From: Bacillota bacterium
GTDB taxonomy: Bacteria > Bacillota > Bacilli > Bacillales > Amphibacillaceae
Direction: 5' to 3'
Length of the DNA: 64,000 bases
Assembly: GCA_035301345.1 (NCBI GenBank)
Contig: DATGUM010000037.1
Coordinates: 21,289 to 85,288, forward strand
The notes beneath the pieces were generated by a model. The model made no database searches. It had not been told where the DNA came from and saw nothing but the letters and a program-made list of their open reading frames with translations. Shown in pieces: positions 55,812 through 64,000 of the stretch; the first letter of the stretch is position 1, and each line of letters begins with the position of its first letter. The translations under genes and the position numbers were made by a program.

Positions 55812-56243
55812 TTAAATATCAAAATCTAATAAATTTTCAGCGATGTCACTAAACGATTCTTCTGATGACGTGAAGTAATCTTCCCATACATCACTTGCCC
55901 AGAACTCAATGCGATCAGAAACACCAATAACGACACATTCTTTTAATAAAGATGCATATTTCCTTAAAGGTTGAGGGATATTAATTCTTCCTTGTTTATC
56001 GATATCACACTCAACAGCACCTGAAAAGAAAAAACGTGTAAACGCTCGAGCATCTTTCTTAGTTAGTGGGAGTTTTTTAAGTTTTAATTCAAGTGCTTTC
56101 CACTCTTCCATTGGATATGCGAAAAGACACGTATCAAGTCCACGGGTAATAACAAATGAATCGCCTAATTGCTCGCGAAATTTTGCAGGTACGATAATTC
56201 GCCCTTTAGTGTCAATATTATGTTGAAATTCACCCATGAACAT
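55812..56243 (-). CDS. mraZ: Division/cell wall cluster repressor MraZ
   Basis: MFMGEF..NIDTKGR, DKQGRI motifs. Confidence 0.97.
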   Translation of the reverse strand: MFMGEFQHNIDTKGRIIVPAKFREQLGDSFVITRGLDTCLFAYPMEEWKALELKLKKLPLTKKDARAFTRFFFSGAVECDIDKQGRINIPQPLRKYASLLKECVVIGVSDRIEFWASDVWEDYFTSSEESFSDIAENLLDFDI

Positions 56244-56268
56244 AATAATTCCCCACTTTCATAAAACC

Positions 56269-56298
56269 ATCTTACCACAATGCCCCACTTTCCTCCAC
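56269..56298 (-). promoter_or_regulatory. MraZ operator (three GTGG boxes, 10-bp period) overlapping the dcw promoter
   Basis: Minus strand GTGGAG-gaaa-GTGGGG-catt-GTGGTA-agat; the last box overlaps a TGn-TAAGAT -10. Confidence 0.8.
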
Positions 56299-56467
56299 AC
56301 TATTTTTAAAAATGGGTAAAATATCATACAAAACAAAAAAACTATTTAAAATACAACGAATGAAAAGCCATCGATTAACAATTGTTATCATTGATAAATC
56401 AATACTTTTGTAATCATTCGATATATAATAAATAGTTTTATAATAAAGTGGTGGATAGTGGTTAGTT

Positions 56468-58090
56468 TTATAAATAAATTAAATAGTGATTCTGTTCATA
56501 ATCAAAAGACTCATTTGTAAGCTCTTCTAACCACGTGACACTATACTCATTTATCCATGGTAGAATATTCCACACTCTCTCTTGCAATTGATTGAATGGT
56601 TTTAATTCGTTTGAAACGTGTTCATATTCAAGTAAACCATCTTTATACGTTTTCTCCATTTCTTTTGTCAGACGATTTTCCAAATGTTCAACATGCTGAA
56701 GTAAATACATTAAATTCTTTTCGGCAACTCCTACAACATCATCGCCAAACTTTTTAGCTACTTCACTAAGTGGCTCATGTAACTCTGAAATAGATTGCTT
56801 TAATTCTTCTGATAAAACATCAATTGGTGCAAATTCGTGAGAAGCTAGCCAATTCATTTTTTGACGATGAACCCCTTTATTAATGACGTCGTCTATATTT
56901 AATTCTTTCTTCTCTAGCACCTTCTGTACCGACCGACTAACATACGTTATCGATAGTCTTGGTAAAATAGGTGGCATCTTTAGATTTAGCGTTTCAAAAG
57001 CTTCTTTAAGGACAGACCAATAAGCTATTTCACCGTCCCCTGCTAAGAAAGCTAATGTCGGGAATATTTTTTCTTGCATAAGTGGTCGCGTAACGACGTT
57101 ATTACTTAAACGTTCAGGCTCATTCGTAGCAATTTCCAGTAATTCGTCAGTCGTTAGTTTAACCTCTTCATTTTTGCCGACCCAATAACCAGCAGCGTCT
57201 CTTTCAAGAAGCACTCGCTCTTTCTCATGCATCAAAAATAGGTTTCCATCATTTTCTGCCACGTCAAGCGCAATATGATAGCCACTTTGCCGCATATGTT
57301 GTAATGATTGATACACAGTTTTAGCAATCGCTTCCTGATTATTAATCATTTCTACAAAGTGTTCGTTTTCTAATTGTCTCGTTGAATCATCCCCGGAATC
57401 AATTAAAACTAATCCAGATGTCGGAAACAGTTTATAGATTATTTTTGCAAACAAATCAACATAAGTAGCTGATTGCTCGATTGAAGCAGTTATCTCTTCA
57501 TATATTTTCTTCGTATAAGGACTCTCTCTAAACGATAAAAAATATTCATCCAACCATGCTTTCACATGCGACTTTTCCATTGATATGTGTGATATTGCTT
57601 CTCTCTCAGCAACGTACTGTTTTAATTTATGTTGCTTTAATCGATTAGCTTTATTCATATATACATGGTTAATCTCATCATAATCATGATCCTCACCAGC
57701 TATCCAGAAAACAGGAATAACAGGAACATTTAACGTTGCTTCCTGCTCCCGCGCAAATTGAATAATTGAGATAATTTTATTAATTGTATAAAGTGGCCCT
57801 GTTGCAATTCCTGCTTGTTGACCACCAATAACGACAACAGACTGTTTGTCTTTTAAACGGTCAATATTATTAATTGATTGCTCTCCAGCATCCCAACGTT
57901 TATTTTGTTTATGTAAGACTTCTACAAGCGCTTCTCTTGCAAACGACTGCTCATTTAAGTCATTTAATCGCTTTTCATAATCATTAAATGGTGAATAGTT
58001 AAAGTGCGTCATCATCTGTTCATCTTCATGACGATAATCTTTTATTAAGTTGTTTTTAGTTTCTAACATTAACGATTTTATACGCATCAA
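56468..58090 (-). CDS. bshC: Bacillithiol biosynthesis cysteine-adding enzyme
   Basis: VIGGQQAG, GPLYTINK, FWIAGEDHD, NVVTRP, GEIAYW, QERVWN motifs. Confidence 0.94.
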   Translation of the reverse strand: MMRIKSLMLETKNNLIKDYRHEDEQMMTHFNYSPFNDYEKRLNDLNEQSFAREALVEVLHKQNKRWDAGEQSINNIDRLKDKQSVVVIGGQQAGIATGPLYTINKIISIIQFAREQEATLNVPVIPVFWIAGEDHDYDEINHVYMNKANRLKQHKLKQYVAEREAISHISMEKSHVKAWLDEYFLSFRESPYTKKIYEEITASIEQSATYVDLFAKIIYKLFPTSGLVLIDSGDDSTRQLENEHFVEMINNQEAIAKTVYQSLQHMRQSGYHIALDVAENDGNLFLMHEKERVLLERDAAGYWVGKNEEVKLTTDELLEIATNEPERLSNNVVTRPLMQEKIFPTLAFLAGDGEIAYWSVLKEAFETLNLKMPPILPRLSITYVSRSVQKVLEKKELNIDDVINKGVHRQKMNWLASHEFAPIDVLSEELKQSISELHEPLSEVAKKFGDDVVGVAEKNLMYLLQHVEHLENRLTKEMEKTYKDGLLEYEHVSNELKPFNQLQERVWNILPWINEYSVTWLEELTNESFDYEQNHYLIYL

Positions 58091-58164
58091 AAATGCTCCT
58101 TTTATTTATATATCCAATCGTATTGTACAGAAGTCGCGACTATTTTTCATGTAATCTGTTTATG

Positions 58165-58542
58165 TTAAACGATATGCATAAAAATACCGACAATGACGAG
58201 CAATGAATACGATGAAAAAAATAACAAAAAGCAAAACCTCCACAGCAACTTAATTGCTAAGGCAATAGAAACTTCAGTATTTTCTTTCCATTGATAATAA
58301 ATAATTATCGAAAGTGTGATAAGCATAAATAACAATATGTAACTAACAATTGTTTGTTGAAATAATAAATGGACAATTGTCACGACTGATAGAATGTACA
58401 ACATCGTCGTCCAATTAATCGCAAAGTGTAATGATCTTAACGATTGTTTATAAATCATTAAATGTAAATAATATAACAAATACGTTAATATAAACGGTAA
58501 CGTAATGATTATAGATAATGTATAAATGATGGCATGTTTCAT
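58165..58542 (-). CDS. Membrane protein, DUF3397-like
   Basis: Four hydrophobic segments, KLLWRF.FL motif, position upstream of bshC. Confidence 0.7.
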   Translation of the reverse strand: MKHAIIYTLSIIITLPFILTYLLYYLHLMIYKQSLRSLHFAINWTTMLYILSVVTIVHLLFQQTIVSYILLFMLITLSIIIYYQWKENTEVSIALAIKLLWRFCFLLFFSSYSLLVIVGIFMHIV

Positions 58543-58634
58543 CAGTCGGCCCTTTCATTGACGAAATTATATTATGTCTATATTAACAGATGCTATTTAT
58601 CATTTGAAAGCAATGTTTATTATTTAATTTAAAT

Positions 58635-58666
58635 AAAAAAGCAAACCACATAAGTGATTTGCTTTT
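58635..58666 (-). terminator. rpmF terminator
   Basis: AAAAGCAAA.CAC/GTG.TTTGCTTTT hairpin. Confidence 0.7.
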
Positions 58667-58674
58667 CTCGTTTA

Positions 58675-58848
58675 TTATTGTTCGACGACTTCTTTTCCGT
58701 CGTAATGTCCACATGACTTACATACGTAATGTGATTTTGTTAATTCACCACAGTTTTCACACTCAATCATATTAGCTGCTGTAATTTTTTGATGAGTACG
58801 ACGTTGTCTTTTTACTTTTTTTGAAGTTCTTCTTTTTGGTACTGCCAT
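58675..58848 (-). CDS. rpmF: 50S ribosomal protein L32 (Zn-ribbon form)
   Basis: Not in the ORF track. Manual translation [21 protein letters not shown]...CENCG...[16 protein letters not shown] (57 aa); AAGGAGG RBS. Confidence 0.97.
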   Translation of the reverse strand: MAVPKRRTSKKVKRQRRTHQKITAANMIECENCGELTKSHYVCKSCGHYDGKEVVEQ

Positions 58849-58916
58849 GTTCGTACACCTCCTTCAAATATGTCTAATCATTATTATGAATTTCTGTTTA
58901 CTCATGTATTCATCTA

Positions 58917-59459
58917 TTATTCGTCTTTCGAAGGTTGATTTAATAGTTGCTCTAACTTTTTTAAGCGAGGATCTATCGTCTCTTCATTAGATGCCTCATC
59001 TTGTTCATCGTCGGTCGTAAGTTCCCAACCGTCTCCTTCTACTAAAGCATTTTTCAAAACATCTTCATCCGAATACACTCGAAACGGAATTGCTAATAAA
59101 ACACTTTCAACGACACAAGGCCTCAAGTCTATCACATCACCTTGAATCATATGAACTTCTTCTTCAATTTGTTCATCAGTTAAATGTCCTGCTCCTGTGA
59201 ATACCTCGATTTCTTTCGTTTCAAAAGGATAGATGACATCTTCCAGCGTTCTCGCGCACGGTAAAACCATTTGTCCTGTAACAGTAAATGAAAATATAAA
59301 CTCATCACCATCTATGATACAGTTACCGTCAACATCGACTAACTCTATTGACTGCACTTCACTATTTCTCTCTTTTATTTCAGAAATATCTAATGTTCTT
59401 GAAAACTCATATGGCTTATTGTGCGCATATTTTTTAATTTCATTTAATAAAAATTTCAT
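58917..59459 (-). CDS. yceD: YceD/DUF177 family protein (YlbN)
   Basis: LPCARTL, IDL, DPRL motifs; upstream of rpmF. Confidence 0.9.
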   Translation of the reverse strand: MKFLLNEIKKYAHNKPYEFSRTLDISEIKERNSEVQSIELVDVDGNCIIDGDEFIFSFTVTGQMVLPCARTLEDVIYPFETKEIEVFTGAGHLTDEQIEEEVHMIQGDVIDLRPCVVESVLLAIPFRVYSDEDVLKNALVEGDGWELTTDDEQDEASNEETIDPRLKKLEQLLNQPSKDE

Positions 59460-59486
59460 TTAAATCACCTCAAGGCAACAAGAGTT

Positions 59487-59515
59487 ATTTTAAAAGAAAA
59501 AACTACTTTTGTCAA
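59487..59515 (-). promoter_or_regulatory. Sigma-A promoter of yceD-rpmF
   Basis: TTGACA-17-TAAAAT. Confidence 0.75.
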
Positions 59516-59629
59516 CCAATTTTTCTTTACATTAATTTATAGAGCACAATATTAATCTACGGTCGTAACTACGAAAAAACATTGGTATAATAAGGGATAC
59601 ATTTATTATACACTATAGGGGATGTTTAT

Positions 59630-60850
59630 GTGAAAGCATGTGGATTAATTGTTGAATACAACCCATTACACAATGGGCACATATACCATATTAATCGCGC
59701 GAGAGAAGTTTCAGGCGCTGAGTGCATCATCGCTATTATGAGTGGTTCGTTTTTACAACGCGGGGAACCGGCGATTATTGATAAGTTCCACCGGACAAGA
59801 GCAGCTTTGCAAAATGGGGTTGACATCGTTGTTGAACTCCCTTTTCCATTTGCTGTACAAAGTAGCGAAGGTTTTGCAAAAGGTGCTGTTCAAACGTTAA
59901 ATGAAATCGGGGTTTCTTCTATTTGTTTCGGCAGTGAATCTGGTCATATCAAACAATTTATAAACAGCTTTCAATTGTTAAATGATCATAAAACAACTTA
60001 CGAAACTGTTTTAAAGCAATCATTAGGTAATGGCTTTTCATTCCCTGCTGCCAGTGAAAAAGCATATCGAGCAATTGGTTTCAATGAAAATCATGTCGAT
60101 TTAACGAAACCAAATAACATTCTTGGATTTAGTTACGTTCGAGAAATACTAGCTAATGAATTACCTATTCAACCGCTAACTATCGGACGCACTAAAAATG
60201 ATTATCACGATACGACGATTAGCAATCAAATCGCTAGTGCAACGAGCATTCGTAAGTACTTACTAAGCGAACAGCCTTCAGAGAAATCGGGTGTTGAACG
60301 AGCGATTCCGTCTGAAACATTACACGAATTACAGGCTTATAAAAGTACGACAAATACATGGCATGAATGGGAACAATATTTTCCTTTACTGAACTACATC
60401 GTTTCTGTTACGTCAGTTGATGAACTTGCGCAAATAAATGGAATGGTCGAAGGTATTGAACATCGTATTAAAAAAACAGCACGAATAGCTACGTCGATGA
60501 ATCAATGGATTGAACTCATCAAGACAAAGCGTTATACGTGGACACGTATCCAGAGAATATTTGTTTACCTTCTAACACGTACGACGAAAGATGAATTAAA
60601 TGCTTTTTTAAATAAAGCAAGTGTTCCTTATATAAGGGTTTTGGGACTTTCAAAAACAGGCCGTTCGTATGTAAATGTTAAAAAAGAAGCGTTAAACGTG
60701 CCTATTATCCATAATATGAGTCGTAGCCAGCCTAAGATTCTCTCACTTGAAGAAAGAGCTACAAACGCTTATTATAGTATCATTTCACCTGCTTCACGCG
60801 ATAAAATGCTCCAACAAGAAAGAAGATTGCCTATTTTGATTGATGATTAA
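59630..60850 (+). CDS. tmcAL: tRNA(Met) cytidine acetate ligase (YlbM)
   Basis: VEYNPLHNGH, SGSFLQRGEPA, FGSE, PNNILG, SATSIR, KRYTWTR motifs. Confidence 0.92.
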   Translation: MKACGLIVEYNPLHNGHIYHINRAREVSGAECIIAIMSGSFLQRGEPAIIDKFHRTRAALQNGVDIVVELPFPFAVQSSEGFAKGAVQTLNEIGVSSICFGSESGHIKQFINSFQLLNDHKTTYETVLKQSLGNGFSFPAASEKAYRAIGFNENHVDLTKPNNILGFSYVREILANELPIQPLTIGRTKNDYHDTTISNQIASATSIRKYLLSEQPSEKSGVERAIPSETLHELQAYKSTTNTWHEWEQYFPLLNYIVSVTSVDELAQINGMVEGIEHRIKKTARIATSMNQWIELIKTKRYTWTRIQRIFVYLLTRTTKDELNAFLNKASVPYIRVLGLSKTGRSYVNVKKEALNVPIIHNMSRSQPKILSLEERATNAYYSIISPASRDKMLQQERRLPILIDD

Positions 60851-60864
60851 TTTAAATAATGACT

Positions 60865-60909
60865 AAAAAAGAGGGACTTCTCGTACACAAACGTGTGCAG
60901 AAGTCCCTC
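60865..60909. terminator. Terminator between convergent tmcAL and ylbL
   Basis: GAGGGACTTCT...AGAAGTCCCTC hairpin; the U-tract favours the minus strand. Confidence 0.7.
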
Positions 60910-60940
60910 AAATATAAAGTGTCATCAACAACCAAATATT

Positions 60941-61960
60941 TTACTCCTTCATTGCTCGTAAATACTGGACAGCTTCTTCAAACGTATCAACTGGCACTAT
61001 TTCCATATCTGAATTCAATGCTTCAGCAGTCGCTTTTGCCTCTTCATAATTAGAGCCTTCCGCACCGTTTTCGTTAGCTGCGAAAAAAACATCGCAACCT
61101 GCTTTATGTCCTGCAACTACTTTTTTATCTACACTACCGATACGCAAAACATTCCCGTCAAGATCAATTGAACCTGATCCGATAATATCTTTTCCTCTCG
61201 TTAAATCTTCTTCAATTAATTGGTTATACATTTCTAAAGCAAACATTAACCCCGCGCTCGGGCCTCCTATATTACCACTAGAAAATTTAACATCTGGATC
61301 CACTTCTACCTCTTGTTGTGTAATAAGCTGAATACCAATGCCTAATCTTTCTTCGTCATCAGAAAATGGTTGGAGAGTTATTTTTTCTTCTAAATGTTCA
61401 TTCTCGCGCACAAACGCTACATTCACTTCATCATGAGCTTCTTGAGTGTTTACGTAGTCGATTAATGATTCAGAGTTACTTATCTCGTGATCATCAATTT
61501 TTATGATTTGATCCCCTGGCTGCAAGATTCCTTCTGCGGGCATATCGTCTAAAACAGCACTAACGAACACGCCTGACTCTATAATCTCAACGTGCTTTCC
61601 CGCCATTTCATAAGCTACGACTGTGGATGACTCCTGAGAATTCTCCATCATATGTAATTGTAAGAATGTGTAATCTTCATCACTAATATCGTCAGGCCTT
61701 ACTTTTTCTGCTGGCAACACTTCATGATATGATAAAAGCTTGGCAGCTAAAAATGTTATCGGTGTTGCTCTCATACTACTCACTGTTACTAGATGCATAT
61801 TTCCTTCACTTTCATAATGGTTATCGACGTTAACGATAGACGAAAGTTCATCAGCTGATCCCGGCTTATAGATGTAATAAGGAAGCTCATATAACGTAAT
61901 AAAAACAGTTAAAGCGATAAGAATAATAAATACTAATAATTGCTTCATCGACAGTCTCAT
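60941..61960 (-). CDS. ylbL: Membrane-anchored PDZ + Lon-like (S16) protease YlbL/SepM family
   Basis: N-terminal TM, LPYYIYKPG, PDZ domain, IGGPSAGLMF catalytic Ser. Confidence 0.9.
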   Translation of the reverse strand: MRLSMKQLLVFIILIALTVFITLYELPYYIYKPGSADELSSIVNVDNHYESEGNMHLVTVSSMRATPITFLAAKLLSYHEVLPAEKVRPDDISDEDYTFLQLHMMENSQESSTVVAYEMAGKHVEIIESGVFVSAVLDDMPAEGILQPGDQIIKIDDHEISNSESLIDYVNTQEAHDEVNVAFVRENEHLEEKITLQPFSDDEERLGIGIQLITQQEVEVDPDVKFSSGNIGGPSAGLMFALEMYNQLIEEDLTRGKDIIGSGSIDLDGNVLRIGSVDKKVVAGHKAGCDVFFAANENGAEGSNYEEAKATAEALNSDMEIVPVDTFEEAVQYLRAMKE

Positions 61961-62051
61961 TCATAAACTCCTTTCTCCCAATAAGTTTATGATTACTTTG
62001 ATACAAATTAATCGGCTCTTTCGAAGTGAAAAATCGGATCATTCATATGAT

Positions 62052-62567
<516 letters not shown>

Positions 62568-62583
62568 TTAATAAAACGAAATA

Positions 62584-63138
62584 CTATGCTTTATATTGAT
62601 AAATTGTAATCCCTATTGCTTTACTATAATTCGTTCGTTTAATAACTTGTAAATGTTCAATATCATTCGGTAGTTCTTCATTCCCGTCATGTTCACAATA
62701 AATAATCGCTTGATCATTTACTAACTGATGAGCTAGAAGTTGTTTAATGATTTTTATGTAATTACTCGATTGATACGGTGGGTCAACTAAAATTAAATCA
62801 AACGTTTCATGATTATCTTTTAAATGCTTCATACAACGAAATGCATCCATTTTCGTTACTGTTACATCTTCAATCTTTAACGCTTCTATATTATCTTTAA
62901 TTGTTTGGACGGCTTTACCATTTTTATCGTTACAATGCCCACGAGTCATCCCCCTACTGAGCGCCTCAATACAAAGCGAGCCACTCCCTGCATATAAATC
63001 TAAACATGAGCCTCCTGAAAAGTAAGGACCTATCATATGGAACACTGCTTCTTTAATTTTATCAGATGTCGGTCGAGTGTTTTTCCCAGGGACAGCTTTT
63101 AATCTTCTCCCCTTGTACTCTCCTGATATGACACGCAT
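62584..63138 (-). CDS. rsmD: 16S rRNA m2G966 methyltransferase RsmD (YlbH)
   Basis: MRVISG, TRPT, LDLYAGSG, EALSRG, DPPY motifs. Confidence 0.95.
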   Translation of the reverse strand: MRVISGEYKGRRLKAVPGKNTRPTSDKIKEAVFHMIGPYFSGGSCLDLYAGSGSLCIEALSRGMTRGHCNDKNGKAVQTIKDNIEALKIEDVTVTKMDAFRCMKHLKDNHETFDLILVDPPYQSSNYIKIIKQLLAHQLVNDQAIIYCEHDGNEELPNDIEHLQVIKRTNYSKAIGITIYQYKA

Positions 63139-63244
63139 ATCTTCCCCTCACTTCATTATAAATAATTAAACTACTTATCTATAGTATCATAACAGCTCTT
63201 TTGAAAACAGAATAGATTCATACTTAAACGATTGCTCGACAAAT

Positions 63245-63272
63245 AAAAAATCTGCAGATTCCTCTGCAGATT
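63245..63272 (-). terminator. ylbG terminator
   Basis: AAATCTGCAGA/TCTGCAGATTT stem with a U-tract. Confidence 0.7.
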
Positions 63273-63284
63273 TATAGATAATTA

Positions 63285-63560
63285 TTAAATCCCAACATTA
63301 TAATCATACGGCTTTGTGTGAACAGGCATTTTCTTTTCATAATCTGTTCGAATAAATGGTTTATATGACGGCTCAACTTTTCTTACAAAAGGTAGTTTCT
63401 GTAATTTCTCTTCCACATTCTCTACCTCTGATTGATTAACATAAATAACAGCATATTTTCTACGTTTAGAAGCATAAATTAAATGTCCAAAACGTTTTAA
63501 ATGTTTTATATTTCTTCTTCTTTGAAACCATACGATTAATCCTTGGCGATTTTCCCACAT
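63285..63560 (-). CDS. ylbG: UPF0298 protein YlbG (DUF2129)
   Basis: RQGLIVW...LKRFG.LIYASKR.KYAVIY...LPFV.KVEPS. Confidence 0.9.
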   Translation of the reverse strand: MWENRQGLIVWFQRRRNIKHLKRFGHLIYASKRRKYAVIYVNQSEVENVEEKLQKLPFVRKVEPSYKPFIRTDYEKKMPVHTKPYDYNVGI

Positions 63561-63590
63561 AGAACCACCCCTCTTTACATACTTTCATGA

Positions 63591-64000
63591 TTAAGCACTA
63601 CAGCTACAAGCGCCTCCAGATCCACAACCTCCAGCACATCCAGAGTCTGCCCAGGCGGCCCCGTCTTTCGGAACCATAATTTGTTCACTTGCACTTGCTG
63701 CAATATGCTCACTAATATCATCTAAAAGTTTTTGCAAGCTTCTTTCAGCAATTTTAAACGCTGATACTGTTGGATGCATATCCATTTTTCTTTTAGCAGA
63801 TCGAACGTCCGTCATAATTTTATTATAGTCTGGATGATATCTCCCAAATCTTTGGACGTCCTCATAATGAGATTTTAAATCATTAAATCTTTGAATTAAA
63901 TCTTGAGCCTCTTTATCTTGATTTAATTCATTACGTTTATATATATACTCTTGCATCGTTTCTGACTGCATAACAACCGAAACTAATCGTTCAGTTCGAT
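63591..64000 (-). CDS. ricF: RicAFT complex subunit RicF (YlbF), 5' end outside the window
   Basis: YEDVQRFGRYHPDY motif; C-terminal CAGGCGSGGACSC; the frame stays open to the window end. Confidence 0.92.
   Translation of the reverse strand, partial: RTERLVSVVMQSETMQEYIYKRNELNQDKEAQDLIQRFNDLKSHYEDVQRFGRYHPDYNKIMTDVRSAKRKMDMHPTVSAFKIAERSLQKLLDDISEHIAASASEQIMVPKDGAAWADSGCAGGCGSGGACSCSA

Noticed and set aside
63139-63284. Rfam ylbH leader upstream of rsmD
   Set aside because: Only a terminator and AT-rich promoter-like DNA are visible; a cmscan run would be needed.

Overview
AT-rich chromosomal core region of a Bacillaceae-type firmicute. Gene order and acidic proteins suggest the Oceanobacillus/Virgibacillus/Pseudogracilibacillus neighbourhood (inference). 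Read on the minus strand it runs ricF(ylbF)-ylbG-rsmD-coaD-ylbL-[tmcAL]-yceD-rpmF-DUF3397-bshC, the dcw cluster (mraZ to ftsZ, pgeF to divIVA), T-box-ileS, an Rpn-family nuclease, lspA-rluD, a shortened PyrR-attenuated pyr operon, a CcpC/CcpE-like LysR gene, [rqcH], remA-gmk-rpoZ-coaBC-priA-fmt-rsmB-prpC-prkC-rsgA-rpe-thiN, [rpmB], yloU-fakA-recG, fapR-plsX-fabD-fabG-acpP, rnc, [DUF1128] and the 5' part of smc. I saw no rRNA, tRNA, CRISPR array, prophage or intact IS. The main signals are: (1) a dispersed structured repeat in two copies (3382-3461 and 24358-24532), related by an exact 95-bp internal deletion and showing compensatory base-pair changes, with one copy inside a ~200-nt hairpin in the predicted rnc (RNase III) leader; (2) an Rpn nuclease with a strong in-frame internal SD+GTG (candidate gene-within-gene antitoxin); (3) absence of the sporulation genes that B. 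subtilis carries in this region, with a possible sigma-E promoter scar; (4) a pyr operon lacking pyrP and carAB. All calls come from reading the sequence and recalled family knowledge; no searches were run. I found no clear multi-gene novel system.
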